Part shown: positions 9,801 to 19,041 of the stretch, piece by piece
Position numbering within the stretch: position 1 is the first letter of the stretch
How the letters are laid out: every line of letters begins with the position of its first letter
Assembly: GCA_963786935.1 (NCBI GenBank)
Contig: CAWBAN010000005.1
Coordinates: forward strand, 160,001-224,000
DNA: 64,000 nt
Reading direction: 5' to 3'
Source of the DNA: an uncultured bacterium
GTDB lineage: Bacteria; Krumholzibacteriota; Krumholzibacteriia; Krumholzibacteriales; Krumholzibacteriaceae
Position numbers and translations under genes: made by a program
Notes under the pieces: generated by a model
What the model saw: only the letters and a program-made list of their open reading frames with translations
What the model was told of the DNA's origin: nothing
Database searches by the model: none

Positions 9801-10028
9801 CTTCGCGGCGCCGGCCTTCGCGTCGGTCCCCGCGGCGAACGCGGGGAGCGGCGCCGGGAACGGCCCGAGCACGAGCCACGATTCGACGCGAACCGTTTTC
9901 GCGCCGGCCGCGGCCGCCGGCTTCTCCGCCGCGGCGGCCGCCGATTGCCCGGCCGCGACGCCCGCGATCGTGAGAAGCATGAGGGCGCCCAGGATGGCGA
10001 TGACGAGCATCCGGAATGTGCGTTCCAT
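6822..10028 (-). CDS. Secreted S9 (prolyl oligopeptidase family) peptidase with C-terminal thioredoxin-like domain
   Basis: GAAAGGA RBS, signal peptide, propeller repeats, triad motifs GASFGG / DTNV / QDH; C-terminal GTWCSDS domain. Confidence 0.92.
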   Translation of the reverse strand: MERTFRMLVIAILGALMLLTIAGVAAGQSAAAAAEKPAAAAGAKTVRVESWLVLGPFPAPLPAFAAGTDAKAGAAKLLSYEEIRLAAMKPVEGAAQALLYGSKAFWRSAAADTNGVSIAVGGETPAIAYLAAYVEVPRWTKLSVSARSSDAFAVTIDGAEIAKSDKAAGLAEKKSGQAKLEPGKHLLIVKSVRAAADTSVADWRIDVSLSAAGNGADPACSIVPARSVSLDEILYLQAISRLALSPDGSLVALNVGKYSRVDDKRQSWLEIRRMKDGSLERTIRDVDRMSNVQWAPVGKRLSYTVAGDKDSGTLRLLDLDSGECLTILENVKNLDDYLWARDGSFIVYTVSEKAEPDKRGLKHLTKIEDRQRGGGDRSYLYVTTVPGGETRRLTSGEHGTGIFDVHPDGKHILLSRGYEDLSERPYGAADLYIMNLEDQSVDSLWKGRWLDDAAFSPDGKKILIRSGPSAFGSIGLKVSAGLIPNEYDGQLYVLDLASRAVEPLTRDFDPAVQDAVWSAVDGNIYVSAEVGSKTGLFRCNPAKKTFARIETGFDVSENGDIATGKLVAADVGSSATTPPRLHAIDLKKGASRMIYDPNAETFADISSGAVEDWSFTSAAGKTIDGYYYLPRGFDPQKKYPCIVYYYGGTSPVNRAYGGRYPKNLWAAHGYVVYVLQPSGATGYGQEFSAAHVNDWGKVVADEIIEGTKKFVEAHPFVDGARLGCIGASFGGFMTELLVTKTDMFAAAVSHAGISSISSYWGEGTWGYGYNAVAAANSFPWNRRDIYVDQSPLFNADKIKTPLLLTHGGDDTNVPPGESEQLFTALKLLGRTVEYLKFDGQDHFILEYKKRVVWSNSIIAWFDRFLKNEPEWWSDLYPPEGAEATEKGAAAEAAAAAEAPEAAPPPVLPASIGPRVIEKQDGSKLVLGDVTRDDIVSNLAGWDAEYFTYQPDATILGDLAGRLPGIEIVLVLGTWCSDSHREVPRLWKVLDSIGFSYDAMKIFAVERAKPVPEAALPQELIDWSRNARAWYGTERVETIIVSRNGVELGRIVEAPATSIESDLLAILKR

Positions 10029-10250
10029 GAGATTCCTTTCTTCTGATGAGTGCTCCCGCACGTTCGATGGATTTGGGCGGATAACAAGCATTTCCGGGGA
10101 TTATAGCCGCTGCGCGACGAACTTTCAAGAGGTATGCTTCGAAACAACGCCCGGCGCCCCGCCCCGGCTCACCCGGACGGGCCCGGGGTATGGCGCGGCG
10201 AAGGAACTCCTTGCGCATCGCCGACCTTTCGCCTAGTCTCTTGTGCCGGA

Positions 10251-12320
10251 ATGCTACCGAAGCGCTTTCACCCGGGCTCGATCCTCGACAGAGTCGACGC
10301 GTCTCTTGCACGTGACGGGAGATGGATCGTCCTGCTCTTCGTCTGCTCCTTCGTCCTCAAGCTGATCTATGTCGTTCAGAGCGCGGACTCCCTTGCGTTG
10401 AGAGTTCCGATTCTCGACTCCCGGTACTACGACGATATGGCCAGGAGCATCGCCGCCGGGCAATTCGCTCAAAAAGAAGCCTTCTTCATGGGACCGCTCT
10501 ACCCGTATTTCGTCGCTCTCGTGTACGGCATTTTCGGCAGGAATTTGATGCTCCTGCGGGGCATCCAGATCTTCGGCGGCAGCGTGACAATCGTGCTGAC
10601 CTACCTCATCGGCACGAAGATCTTTCGCCCGTCCGTCGCGTTGCTCGGCGCGGCGATGCTCGCGCTGTACGGGGCCGGCACATTTTACGACGGGCAGCTC
10701 CTGATGGAGTGGCTCGGAACCCTTCTCGACACGCTGCTTCTCTTCGTGCTGCTGCGGGATTTCGGGAAGCGCAATGTTTTGAAATTCGTTCTGGCGGGGT
10801 TTCTGCTGGGTCTCTCGTCTCTTGCCCGCGCGAATATCCTGATATTCGCTCCCGTGGTCTTGCTCTGGGTGCTGTATGTCGCGAGGGAAAAGAAGAGGTT
10901 CGTTTCCGCCGCCGCGTTCGTCGCCGGCGCTCTTGTGACGATTGCTCCCGTGACCATTCACAACTACGCGGCGAGCAAGGATGCCGTCCCCATCACGTGG
11001 AACGGAGGAATGAACTTCTACATCGGCAACAGCGCCGAGGCCACCGGAGCCTATGTTTCCATCAAAGGCGTCGATTTCATTCGTGATACGAGCACGAAGC
11101 GATATGTCGAGCAGGCGGTGGGCCGGGACCTGAAGCCGTCGGACGTGTCGAGCTACTGGCTCGCGCGGGCTTGGACGTTTATCCGGGAGCGTCCGGGCGC
11201 CGAGCTGAGGCTCCTGTTCAGGAAAACGGGGCTGTTCTTCAATGGTTTCGAAATACCGCAAATCGAGAGCTTCGATCTCTCGAAAGCCGATTATGGAATT
11301 TTCAGGGCGCTGTTCGTCAATTTCTGGATGCTCAGCGTCCTGGGTGTGGCCGGCATGATCTACTCGGCGCGGGAATGGAGACGCCGGTTTCTCCTGTACG
11401 GATTCGTCATTTCCTATTCGGCGTCGATAATTCTGTTCTTCGTCACAGCGAGATATCGCGTCCACGTTGCGCCGGCCATCTGCCTCTTCGCGGCGTTCGG
11501 CGCGGCCGAGGTTGTCCCGCGCTCTTTCGCGACCGTGCGCCGCGCCATCTTCGCGTGCGCGACCTTCGGAGCGCTCGTCGTTCTCACGTGGCCGGGCTTG
11601 TTCGGCGTCGACATGGACTATATTCGCTGGCGCGAGCACATCCACGAGGGGCGGCAGTGGAGCATGCTGGGGGAGACCGACAAGGCTCTCGCGGAGGTAA
11701 ATAGGGCGGTCGCGCTTCGTCCCGATGACTCGGAATCGTACCTCCAGAGGGCTATCATCCGGAAGGAGTCCGGCAAGCTCTTCGAGGCCGTCGAGGATTA
11801 TGCTCGTTCGCTCAGAATCAATCCCGCCATGCCCGGCGTTCATTACGATCTCGCCCAGGCGTTGCGGGAAGCCGGCATGTATCGGGAGGCCGCGGGCGAA
11901 TACCGGGAGGCAATCGCCCGGGACTCCCTCATGGTCGAGGCATACAACAATCTGGGCATCACGTACCGGCTGTTGAAGAGTCCCGATGAAGCGATCCGAT
12001 GTTTCCGGCGGGCGATACGGATCAATCCCCGTCATATGAAGGCGCGCAACAACCTCGGAGCGGCTCTGGCGGAAAGCGGAGACGTCGATGGGGCGATTGC
12101 GTGCTTCGAAGAGGCGATCGAGAGAGAGCCCGCCTATGCGAATTCGTACAAGAATCTTGCCATGGCGTATGTGGCCAAGAATCGCTTCCGGGAAGCCAAG
12201 AAGAACATGGAACGCTATCTCGAGCTCGCGCCCGATGACGCCGGCGCGGCCGAATTGCTGCGGGGGATCACGGCCGCCATCGCGGCGGATACGAGCACGG
12301 GCGATGCCGGGCGGAGATGA
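10251..12320 (+). CDS. GT-C (PMT_2/GT39-like) membrane glycosyltransferase with C-terminal TPRs
   Basis: LDSRYYD loop motif, many TM helices, GGMNFYIGN, TPRs (AYNNLG, ARNNLG). Start uncertain. Confidence 0.85.
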   Translation: MLPKRFHPGSILDRVDASLARDGRWIVLLFVCSFVLKLIYVVQSADSLALRVPILDSRYYDDMARSIAAGQFAQKEAFFMGPLYPYFVALVYGIFGRNLMLLRGIQIFGGSVTIVLTYLIGTKIFRPSVALLGAAMLALYGAGTFYDGQLLMEWLGTLLDTLLLFVLLRDFGKRNVLKFVLAGFLLGLSSLARANILIFAPVVLLWVLYVAREKKRFVSAAAFVAGALVTIAPVTIHNYAASKDAVPITWNGGMNFYIGNSAEATGAYVSIKGVDFIRDTSTKRYVEQAVGRDLKPSDVSSYWLARAWTFIRERPGAELRLLFRKTGLFFNGFEIPQIESFDLSKADYGIFRALFVNFWMLSVLGVAGMIYSAREWRRRFLLYGFVISYSASIILFFVTARYRVHVAPAICLFAAFGAAEVVPRSFATVRRAIFACATFGALVVLTWPGLFGVDMDYIRWREHIHEGRQWSMLGETDKALAEVNRAVALRPDDSESYLQRAIIRKESGKLFEAVEDYARSLRINPAMPGVHYDLAQALREAGMYREAAGEYREAIARDSLMVEAYNNLGITYRLLKSPDEAIRCFRRAIRINPRHMKARNNLGAALAESGDVDGAIACFEEAIEREPAYANSYKNLAMAYVAKNRFREAKKNMERYLELAPDDAGAAELLRGITAAIAADTSTGDAGRR

Positions 12321-12483
12321 AGGGATGGCGGCGCCGCCGCGCATATCTCTTTGATCGCCGCTTCGATCCCTTCGGGCTATCGCCCCTCTCCCGCTCATAA
12401 AGTACGTTGCGTACCACGGCGCATTTTCTTATTATGTAGCGAAATACGAAGTATCAGATAGGGCCTCGAGCAGGAGAAAGCGC

Positions 12484-13053
12484 ATGAAAGCGACATATGC
12501 CGTTCTGGGCGCTGTGCTCTGCATAGCGATCGCGGCGGGCTGCAACGGGAAGGGCGAATCGAAGGCGTCGTCGGACGCGGCGGGCATGGCCGCTCCGGCG
12601 GAGACCGCCGGCATGTGGGTTCCCTTCAACGAGGGGATGGCCCGCGCCGAGAAGGAGAACAAGCACGCCGTCATCGATTTCTACACGACGTGGTGCCACT
12701 GGTGCAAGGTCATGGACCGGGAAACGTTCGCGGATCCCGAGGTCAAGAAATACCTCGCGGAGAACTTCGTCACGATACGGATCAACGCCGAGAGCACCAC
12801 GGAGAAGGTAAAGTACAAGGGGCGGGAGATGACGCCGGTGGAGCTCGCCCGCGCGTTCAACGTGCGGGGGTTCCCCTCGCTCGCCTATCTCGACCGGGGC
12901 GGGGAGCTCGTGACGATCGTCCCCGGTTTTGTCCCCGCCAAGACGTTCCTGCCGCTCCTGCGCTATATGCAGATGGAGTGCTACAAGCAGCAGATGACGT
13001 TCGAGGAGTTCATGAAGAAAAAGGGCGAATGCGACACGACCGGCACGATATAG
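12484..13053 (+). CDS. Thioredoxin-fold lipoprotein (WCHWC)
   Basis: Lipobox IAAGC, DFYTTWCHWC, cis-Pro RGFP. Confidence 0.92.
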   Translation: MKATYAVLGAVLCIAIAAGCNGKGESKASSDAAGMAAPAETAGMWVPFNEGMARAEKENKHAVIDFYTTWCHWCKVMDRETFADPEVKKYLAENFVTIRINAESTTEKVKYKGREMTPVELARAFNVRGFPSLAYLDRGGELVTIVPGFVPAKTFLPLLRYMQMECYKQQMTFEEFMKKKGECDTTGTI

Positions 13054-13084
13054 ACTTCGCGGAAATGAAGGGAAGGAGAGCGAA

Positions 13085-14173
13085 ATGAGGATCGGAGTGC
13101 TGACCGGCGGCGGAGACGCGCCGGGACTCAATCCCGCGATCGCGGGCATCGTCGAGCGGGCGACGATGGACGGTTTCGAGGTGGTCGGTCTCAAGCGCGG
13201 ATGGCAGGCGCTCGCGATACGCGAGAACGACAAACACGTCGTGAAGCTCGGCCCCGAGATCATCAGGGAGTACAGCCGCCTCGGCGGGAGCAAGATACAG
13301 TGCAGCAGGACGAATCCGGTGAGCCCGCAGAACGACCGCACCGAGATCGTCAGGGAGAATATCAAGAAATTCAAGCTCGACGCGGTTATCGCGATCGGCG
13401 GCGAGGACACGCTCGGCGCCGCCGAAGTGCTCTCCGAGCGGGGGATCCCCGTGGTCGGCGTTCCGAAGACGATCGACCGCGACCTCGCGGGCACCGAATA
13501 CACGCTCGGCTACGACACGGCGCTCAACGTCATCTGCGAGAGCGCGGAGCGCATCGCGCACACGGCGGAGTCCCACGAGACGATCTTTTTCCTCGAGGTC
13601 ATGGGGAGGCACGCCGGATGGCTCGCGCTCCGCGGGGGCGAATCGGCTTTCGCCGACGTCATCCTGATTCCGGAGCACACGTTTTCCATTCAGCAGCTCA
13701 TCTCGGTGCTGAAGGAGCGGCAGAAGGAAACCGACGACCTGAATCTCGGTTTCGAGCACCGGTACAAGATCATCGTCGTCTCCGAAGGAGCCCACATCGA
13801 GGGGGAGGAAGCGGTGCGGCGCGACAGCAAGCTCGACGAGTTCGGCCATTACAGCCTCGGCGGCGTGGGGGATTACCTCAAGGGGCTCCTCGAGCACGAG
13901 TTCAAGCACACGCGCTACACGGCGCTCGCGTATCTCCAGCGCGGCGCGCCTCCGACGCAGCGCGACCGCCAGATCGGGCGGCGGTTCGGGCACAGCGCCG
14001 TCGAGCTGGTCAAGGACGGCAAGTTCGGGCACATGGTGGCCGTGCAGAAGTCGAAGCTCGTGGTCGTGCCGCTCCGCGAGGTGCGCAAGTCGCCGCGCCT
14101 CGTCGACGTCGACAAGCTCTACGACAAAGAGCGGCTCAACGTGAAGATCGAGAATCCCCTGCTCGACACTTGA
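13085..14173 (+). CDS. pfkA: 6-phosphofructokinase, PfkA family (PPi-type signature)
   Basis: GVLTGGGDAPGLN, GGEDT, PKTID, EVMGRHAGW. Confidence 0.93.
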   Translation: MRIGVLTGGGDAPGLNPAIAGIVERATMDGFEVVGLKRGWQALAIRENDKHVVKLGPEIIREYSRLGGSKIQCSRTNPVSPQNDRTEIVRENIKKFKLDAVIAIGGEDTLGAAEVLSERGIPVVGVPKTIDRDLAGTEYTLGYDTALNVICESAERIAHTAESHETIFFLEVMGRHAGWLALRGGESAFADVILIPEHTFSIQQLISVLKERQKETDDLNLGFEHRYKIIVVSEGAHIEGEEAVRRDSKLDEFGHYSLGGVGDYLKGLLEHEFKHTRYTALAYLQRGAPPTQRDRQIGRRFGHSAVELVKDGKFGHMVAVQKSKLVVVPLREVRKSPRLVDVDKLYDKERLNVKIENPLLDT

Positions 14174-14225
14174 CTGACGGCCCCGCAGCGGGCGGCGGCG
14201 TCGAAGCGCAGCGAGCCGGAGCCCG

Positions 14226-15368
14226 TCAGCCTCTCCTGAAGATGGAGACGATCTCCGCGTGGTACGTGGCGGGGAAGAGATCGACGAGGTCGATCTCCGA
14301 GAGGATGTAGCCTGCCTCGACGAGGGCGCTGGCGTCCCGCGCGAAGGTCGGCGGGTCGCATGAGACAAAGATGAGCTCCTGCGGCTTGATCCGGATGATT
14401 CCCTGAAGAACAGCTTTGGGCAGCCCGAGCCGCGGCGGATCGACCATGACGAGGTCATATCCGCCGAGCCGCCCGATCTCCCGCTCCGCGTTGCCGCGGC
14501 GGAACCGCACGTTCGCGATCGCGTTGAGCCTCGCGGCCGCGACGGCGTTCCGGACCGCCTCCTGATTCTGCTCGATCCCGAACGCCTCGACCGCCATCCG
14601 CGCGAGCGGCAGGGTGAAGAATCCGGCGCCGCAGTAGAGATCGAGGAGCTTCCGGCGCGCCGCCACGGGGAGCGAGCCGACGAGCTCCATGAGCGGCGCG
14701 GCGAGGAACCGGTTCACCTGGAAGAACGAGCCGCGGTTCACCGGGAACAGGAGCCCTCCCGTCTCCATGAGGACCTCGGGGGGGCCCGGGCGATCGAGAA
14801 GCCCCCAGAAATGCACCGCGCCGAACTTGTCCATCCGGACGCGCACCTCGGTGAGCGGTTCGAACGCCTCCGGCGGGATCTCCGCGATCTCCCGTCTCAT
14901 CTCCTCGGGAAGCAGGAGGCATCCCTGCGGGGGGAACGGCACGAGCGCGTCCGATTCCCTCATGAGGAACCCGGGGCGCCGCTCGGCGTCGATCTTGAAT
15001 ATCGCGTGATTCCGGTAGCCGTAACGCTCGGGGCAGGGAATCACGCGCTTGAAATCGGTTTTGATCTTCCCGATGCGCTCGAGGTCCTCGAGGATGCTCT
15101 CGCGCTTGATCTTCATCTCGTCCTCGTAGGCGAGATGCTGCAGGTGGCAGCCGCCGCACGTTCCGAAGACGGGACATTCCGCTTCGCGCCGCATCGGAGA
15201 CGGCGTCACGACGCGCTCGATGCGGCCGAAGATCACGTTCTTCTTCTCGCGCGCCGCGGAGAATTCGACCGTGTCCCCGGGCGCCGCGTACGGAATGAAC
15301 GCCGTCTTGCCCTCGACGAACGCGAGACCGTAGCCTCCGTGAACGATCTTCTTGATTTCACCGATCAT
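14226..15368 (-). CDS. rlmD: RNA (uracil-C5) methyltransferase, RlmD/TrmA family
   Basis: TRAM domain, CxxFxxCGGC, SFFQVN, DLYCGAG, DPPR, VSCDP, FPATYHAE. Confidence 0.9.
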   Translation of the reverse strand: MIGEIKKIVHGGYGLAFVEGKTAFIPYAAPGDTVEFSAAREKKNVIFGRIERVVTPSPMRREAECPVFGTCGGCHLQHLAYEDEMKIKRESILEDLERIGKIKTDFKRVIPCPERYGYRNHAIFKIDAERRPGFLMRESDALVPFPPQGCLLLPEEMRREIAEIPPEAFEPLTEVRVRMDKFGAVHFWGLLDRPGPPEVLMETGGLLFPVNRGSFFQVNRFLAAPLMELVGSLPVAARRKLLDLYCGAGFFTLPLARMAVEAFGIEQNQEAVRNAVAAARLNAIANVRFRRGNAEREIGRLGGYDLVMVDPPRLGLPKAVLQGIIRIKPQELIFVSCDPPTFARDASALVEAGYILSEIDLVDLFPATYHAEIVSIFRRG

Positions 15369-15500
15369 GCTTTCAGATATAACAGTCGCCGCGCCCGGGC
15401 GAAACACAATTCTGCTCAAATACGTTCGCGCGCCGCCAACTTACCCTTTACCGGCCCGCCGCCGAAGACTATACTCGCCTGAAATCACGGGGAGTTCCGC

Positions 15501-16706
15501 ATGAGAATCGGCATGATGATGAAATGGAAGATCCCGCCGCCCAACGTGCGCGTCGCGAACGAGGCCCGCACGCTCAATACGGCCGGGCACAAGGTCTTCT
15601 TCCTCATCGAGGGGAGGGCGGGAGAGCCCCGCGAGGAAGCGATCAACGGCGTGAACGTCGTGCGGGGCGTGAAAATGGGGAGACCGCGGGAGATCTGGCA
15701 CCGCTACACGTTCAACTTCACCTACCGCGATCGGCTCTGGGCGAAGGCGATCGAGCGGTTTGTCCGCGAGCACGGCATCGACGTCCTCCACGTGAACGAT
15801 CTGCCCCTTCTCCGGGAGGCTCTCCGTGCGGGGAAGCGGCTCGGGCTCCCCGTCGTGGCCGATCTCCACGAGAATTATCCGGCGGGGCTCCAGGTCTGGT
15901 ACACGAATCGCCTGAAGAAGGCGACGATCTACGAGCGCGGCCGCTGGGAGCGCTACGAGCGCGAGTCGCTTCGGGAGGTCGACGCCGTCATCGTCGTGAT
16001 CGAGGAGGCGCGCGACCGGCTCGTGAATCTCGGCGTGCGCGCCGACAAGATTTCGGTCGTGCCGAACACGGTGCCCGCGCCGGCGGGGGAGATCCCGGTC
16101 GATCAGCGCGTCGTCGAGCGTTACCGGGGGAGCTTCGTCGTGTCGTACGTCGGGGGCTTCGCGCCGCACCGGGGCCTCGATGTCGTCATCCGTTCGCTCC
16201 CGATCGCGCGCGAGCGGATCAAGAACCTGAAGCTCGTGCTCGTCGGCGGCGGGAACGACGCCTATCGCGCTCGCCTCGAGTCTCTCGCGCGGGAGCTCCG
16301 CTGCGGGGATATCGTCGAGATGACCGGCTGGAAGCCGCAGGAGGCGATCTGGAGCTACATCGAGGCGAGCGCCGTGTGCCTCGTGCCGCATGCGCGCAAT
16401 CCCCACACCGACACGACGATCCCGAACAAGATTTTCCAGTACATGATGCGCGGCAAACCCGTGATCGTGAGCGACTGCCCGCCGCTCGCGCGGATCGCGC
16501 GCGACACGGGAGGCGGGCTCGTTTTCCGCTGGGACGATCCGGCCTCCCTCGCGGAGAAGATCGTCGAGCTCCACCGGAACGAGGGCGAGCGCGAGCGGAT
16601 GGCTGCCGCGGGACGGGCGAGCGTGCTCGACCGCTATACATGGGAAAAGACGAGCGCGCCGCTCGCGGAGCTCTACCGGCGGCTCGGAACGATGAGAAAG
16701 GCGTGA
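15501..16706 (+). CDS. Glycosyltransferase family 4
   Basis: GT-B motifs DLHENYP, YVGGFAPHRG, PNKIFQYM..GKPVIVSD. Confidence 0.92.
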   Translation: MRIGMMMKWKIPPPNVRVANEARTLNTAGHKVFFLIEGRAGEPREEAINGVNVVRGVKMGRPREIWHRYTFNFTYRDRLWAKAIERFVREHGIDVLHVNDLPLLREALRAGKRLGLPVVADLHENYPAGLQVWYTNRLKKATIYERGRWERYERESLREVDAVIVVIEEARDRLVNLGVRADKISVVPNTVPAPAGEIPVDQRVVERYRGSFVVSYVGGFAPHRGLDVVIRSLPIARERIKNLKLVLVGGGNDAYRARLESLARELRCGDIVEMTGWKPQEAIWSYIEASAVCLVPHARNPHTDTTIPNKIFQYMMRGKPVIVSDCPPLARIARDTGGGLVFRWDDPASLAEKIVELHRNEGERERMAAAGRASVLDRYTWEKTSAPLAELYRRLGTMRKA

Positions 16707-16715
16707 GAATCCGAT

Positions 16716-17849
16716 ATGACTTCCCCTCTTGAGCCGATGACGGTCAAGCTGCTCGATCTCGTGCCGCAGTACGAGAGCATCAAGGACGAGATCCGCGTCG
16801 CGATCGACGGCGTTCTCTCGACGCAGCAGTTCATTCTCGGGAAAAAGGTCGAGGAGCTCGAGGGAGCGATCGCCGGCTACTGCGGCGCGCGGCACGCCGT
16901 CGGCGTCGCGTCGGGGACGGACGCGATTCTCCTGACGCTCATGGCGCTCGGCGTGAAGGAGGGGGACGAGGTCGTCACGACGCCGTACACCTTCTTCTCG
17001 ACGGTGAGCTCCATCACCCGCCTCGGCGCGAAACCGGCGCTCGTCGACATCGATCCCCGGACGTACAACATCGATCCCGCGGGCGTGGCGAGGCGCATCA
17101 CGCGCGCGACGCGGGCGGTCCTCGTCGTGCATCTGTTCGGTCAGACGGCCGAGATGGATCCGATCGCCGAGGCGGCCGGCCGGTTCGGGATTCCCGTCGT
17201 CGAGGACGCGTGCCAGTCGATCGGCGCGCGCTACAAGGGGCGGCCGGCCGGATCGATGGGCGCGGCGGGCTGCTTTTCGTTCTTTCCCTCGAAGAATCTC
17301 GGCGGTTTCGGCGACGGGGGGATGATCGTGACGAACGACGCGGCGATCGCCGATACGGCGCGGATGCTCAGGGTCCACGGCGGGCGCGAGAAGTATTACC
17401 ACGACGTCGTGGGGATCTGCAGCCGCCTCGACGCCCTGCAGGCCGCCGTGCTCCTCGTGAAGCTGCGGCACGTCGACGCGTGGCACGAGGGGCGCCGGAG
17501 CAACGCGGCCTATTACGATCGCGAGCTGTCGAACATCCCCGGCGTGATCGTTCCCCGCATCGAGGCCCACCACGAGAGCGTCTATAACCAGTACGTGATC
17601 CGGACGAAGGAGCGCGACGCGCTGCGGGAGCATCTCCGGAAGAGCGGCGTCGGGTGCGACGTGTACTATCCCGTTCCGCTCCACCTCCAGAAATGCTTCG
17701 CGTTCCTCGGCGGCAAACCGGGAGATCTGCCCGAGTCCGAGCGGGCGGCGCGCGAGACGCTCGCGCTCCCCGTTTATGCGGAGCTCGCCGCCGCGGAGCG
17801 GGAGTACGTCGTCTCCGTCATCCGGGAGTTCATGGAGCGCCGCGCATGA
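16716..17849 (+). CDS. DegT/DnrJ/EryC1/StrS sugar aminotransferase
   Basis: VHLFGQ, EDACQSIG, SFFPSKNLGGFGDGG, SRLDALQAA. Confidence 0.95.
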   Translation: MTSPLEPMTVKLLDLVPQYESIKDEIRVAIDGVLSTQQFILGKKVEELEGAIAGYCGARHAVGVASGTDAILLTLMALGVKEGDEVVTTPYTFFSTVSSITRLGAKPALVDIDPRTYNIDPAGVARRITRATRAVLVVHLFGQTAEMDPIAEAAGRFGIPVVEDACQSIGARYKGRPAGSMGAAGCFSFFPSKNLGGFGDGGMIVTNDAAIADTARMLRVHGGREKYYHDVVGICSRLDALQAAVLLVKLRHVDAWHEGRRSNAAYYDRELSNIPGVIVPRIEAHHESVYNQYVIRTKERDALREHLRKSGVGCDVYYPVPLHLQKCFAFLGGKPGDLPESERAARETLALPVYAELAAAEREYVVSVIREFMERRA

Positions 17850-18985
17850 AGGTCGTCTGCTTCTCCGAGATTCAATGGCGCTACGTGCGGACGCGCAAGC
17901 AGCAGGTGCTCTCGCGCTTTCCGGCGGACTGGGAGATCCTCTTCCTCTCGAGCGTCGTGAAGGGGAAGCCGAACAACCTGCTCCCGATGCGCGACGGCCG
18001 CGTCGTGCACGTGTGCGTGCCGGTTTTCAAGAACGTCCCCCAGCGGTGGCTCCGCGCCCTGCTGGCGTTTCCCCCCGCGCGGTTCGTCTGGAACGCCGTC
18101 CTCCTCCTCTGGGTGAACGCGATCCTGCTGGCCACCGGATTTCGCCGCGGTGAGCGAGCGCTCTACGTCTCGAATATCTACTACGCGGCGATTCTCCCGT
18201 TCATCCGCCGCTCGCTCCTCCTCTACGACTGCAACGACGATCATCTCGCCTTTCCCGACACGCCGCGGTGGGCGCGGGGCTATTTCCTTCGTCTCGCGCG
18301 CTCGGCCGATCTCTCGATCGCGGTGAGCACGCGGCTCGAGGCGATTCTTCGCGAGGCCGGCGCGTCGGACGTGCGGCTCGTGGGGAACGGCGTCGATTAC
18401 GATCTCTTCCGCGCGGCCGCCGAATCGGGCGTTCCGGAGGACATGAAGCGGATTCCCCGCCCCGTCATCGGCTACTCGGGCGCGGTGGCCCCGTGGTTCG
18501 ATTTCGAGCTGCTCGATCTCGTTGCGGAGGCGTTCCCGCGCGCCTCGATCGTCATGGTGGGCCCCGTGTTCGGCCCGCAGGCGGCCGAGCTCGCGGCGAT
18601 CGCATCGCGGCGCGGCAACGTGTTCCACCTCGGCGCGAAGCCGTACGATCGGCTCGGCGCCTACATCGCGGCGATGGACGTCTGCGTCATCCCGCTCAAG
18701 ATGAACGATCTCATGCGCTCCGCCGATCCGAACAAGCTCTACGAGTACGCCGCGTGCGGCAGGCCGATCGTCACGATGAAGCATTCGGAGGATCTCGAGC
18801 CGTTCCGCGGCATGATCCACCTCGCCGAGTCGGCCGCCGAGTTCATCGAGGGGATCAGGATCGCCCTCGCCTCGGGGGCGAATCAGGAGAAGCTCCTCGA
18901 GTTCGCGCGGAAGCGGAGCTGGCAGGCGCGCGCCGACGAGATCGCCGCCCTCGTGCGCGAGGCGATCGCGCGGAGGCGCCGATGA
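17846..18985 (+). CDS. Glycosyltransferase (GT4/TuaH-like)
   Basis: ATGA overlap with the DegT gene; YDCNDD, NGVD, DPNKLYEYAACGRPIV. Confidence 0.88.
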   Translation: MKVVCFSEIQWRYVRTRKQQVLSRFPADWEILFLSSVVKGKPNNLLPMRDGRVVHVCVPVFKNVPQRWLRALLAFPPARFVWNAVLLLWVNAILLATGFRRGERALYVSNIYYAAILPFIRRSLLLYDCNDDHLAFPDTPRWARGYFLRLARSADLSIAVSTRLEAILREAGASDVRLVGNGVDYDLFRAAAESGVPEDMKRIPRPVIGYSGAVAPWFDFELLDLVAEAFPRASIVMVGPVFGPQAAELAAIASRRGNVFHLGAKPYDRLGAYIAAMDVCVIPLKMNDLMRSADPNKLYEYAACGRPIVTMKHSEDLEPFRGMIHLAESAAEFIEGIRIALASGANQEKLLEFARKRSWQARADEIAALVREAIARRRR

Positions 18986-19041
18986 AGCGTGACGGCGATA
19001 CGGCCGCCGAACGGATCCACAGGTGCCCGAAAGGAGGCCCC

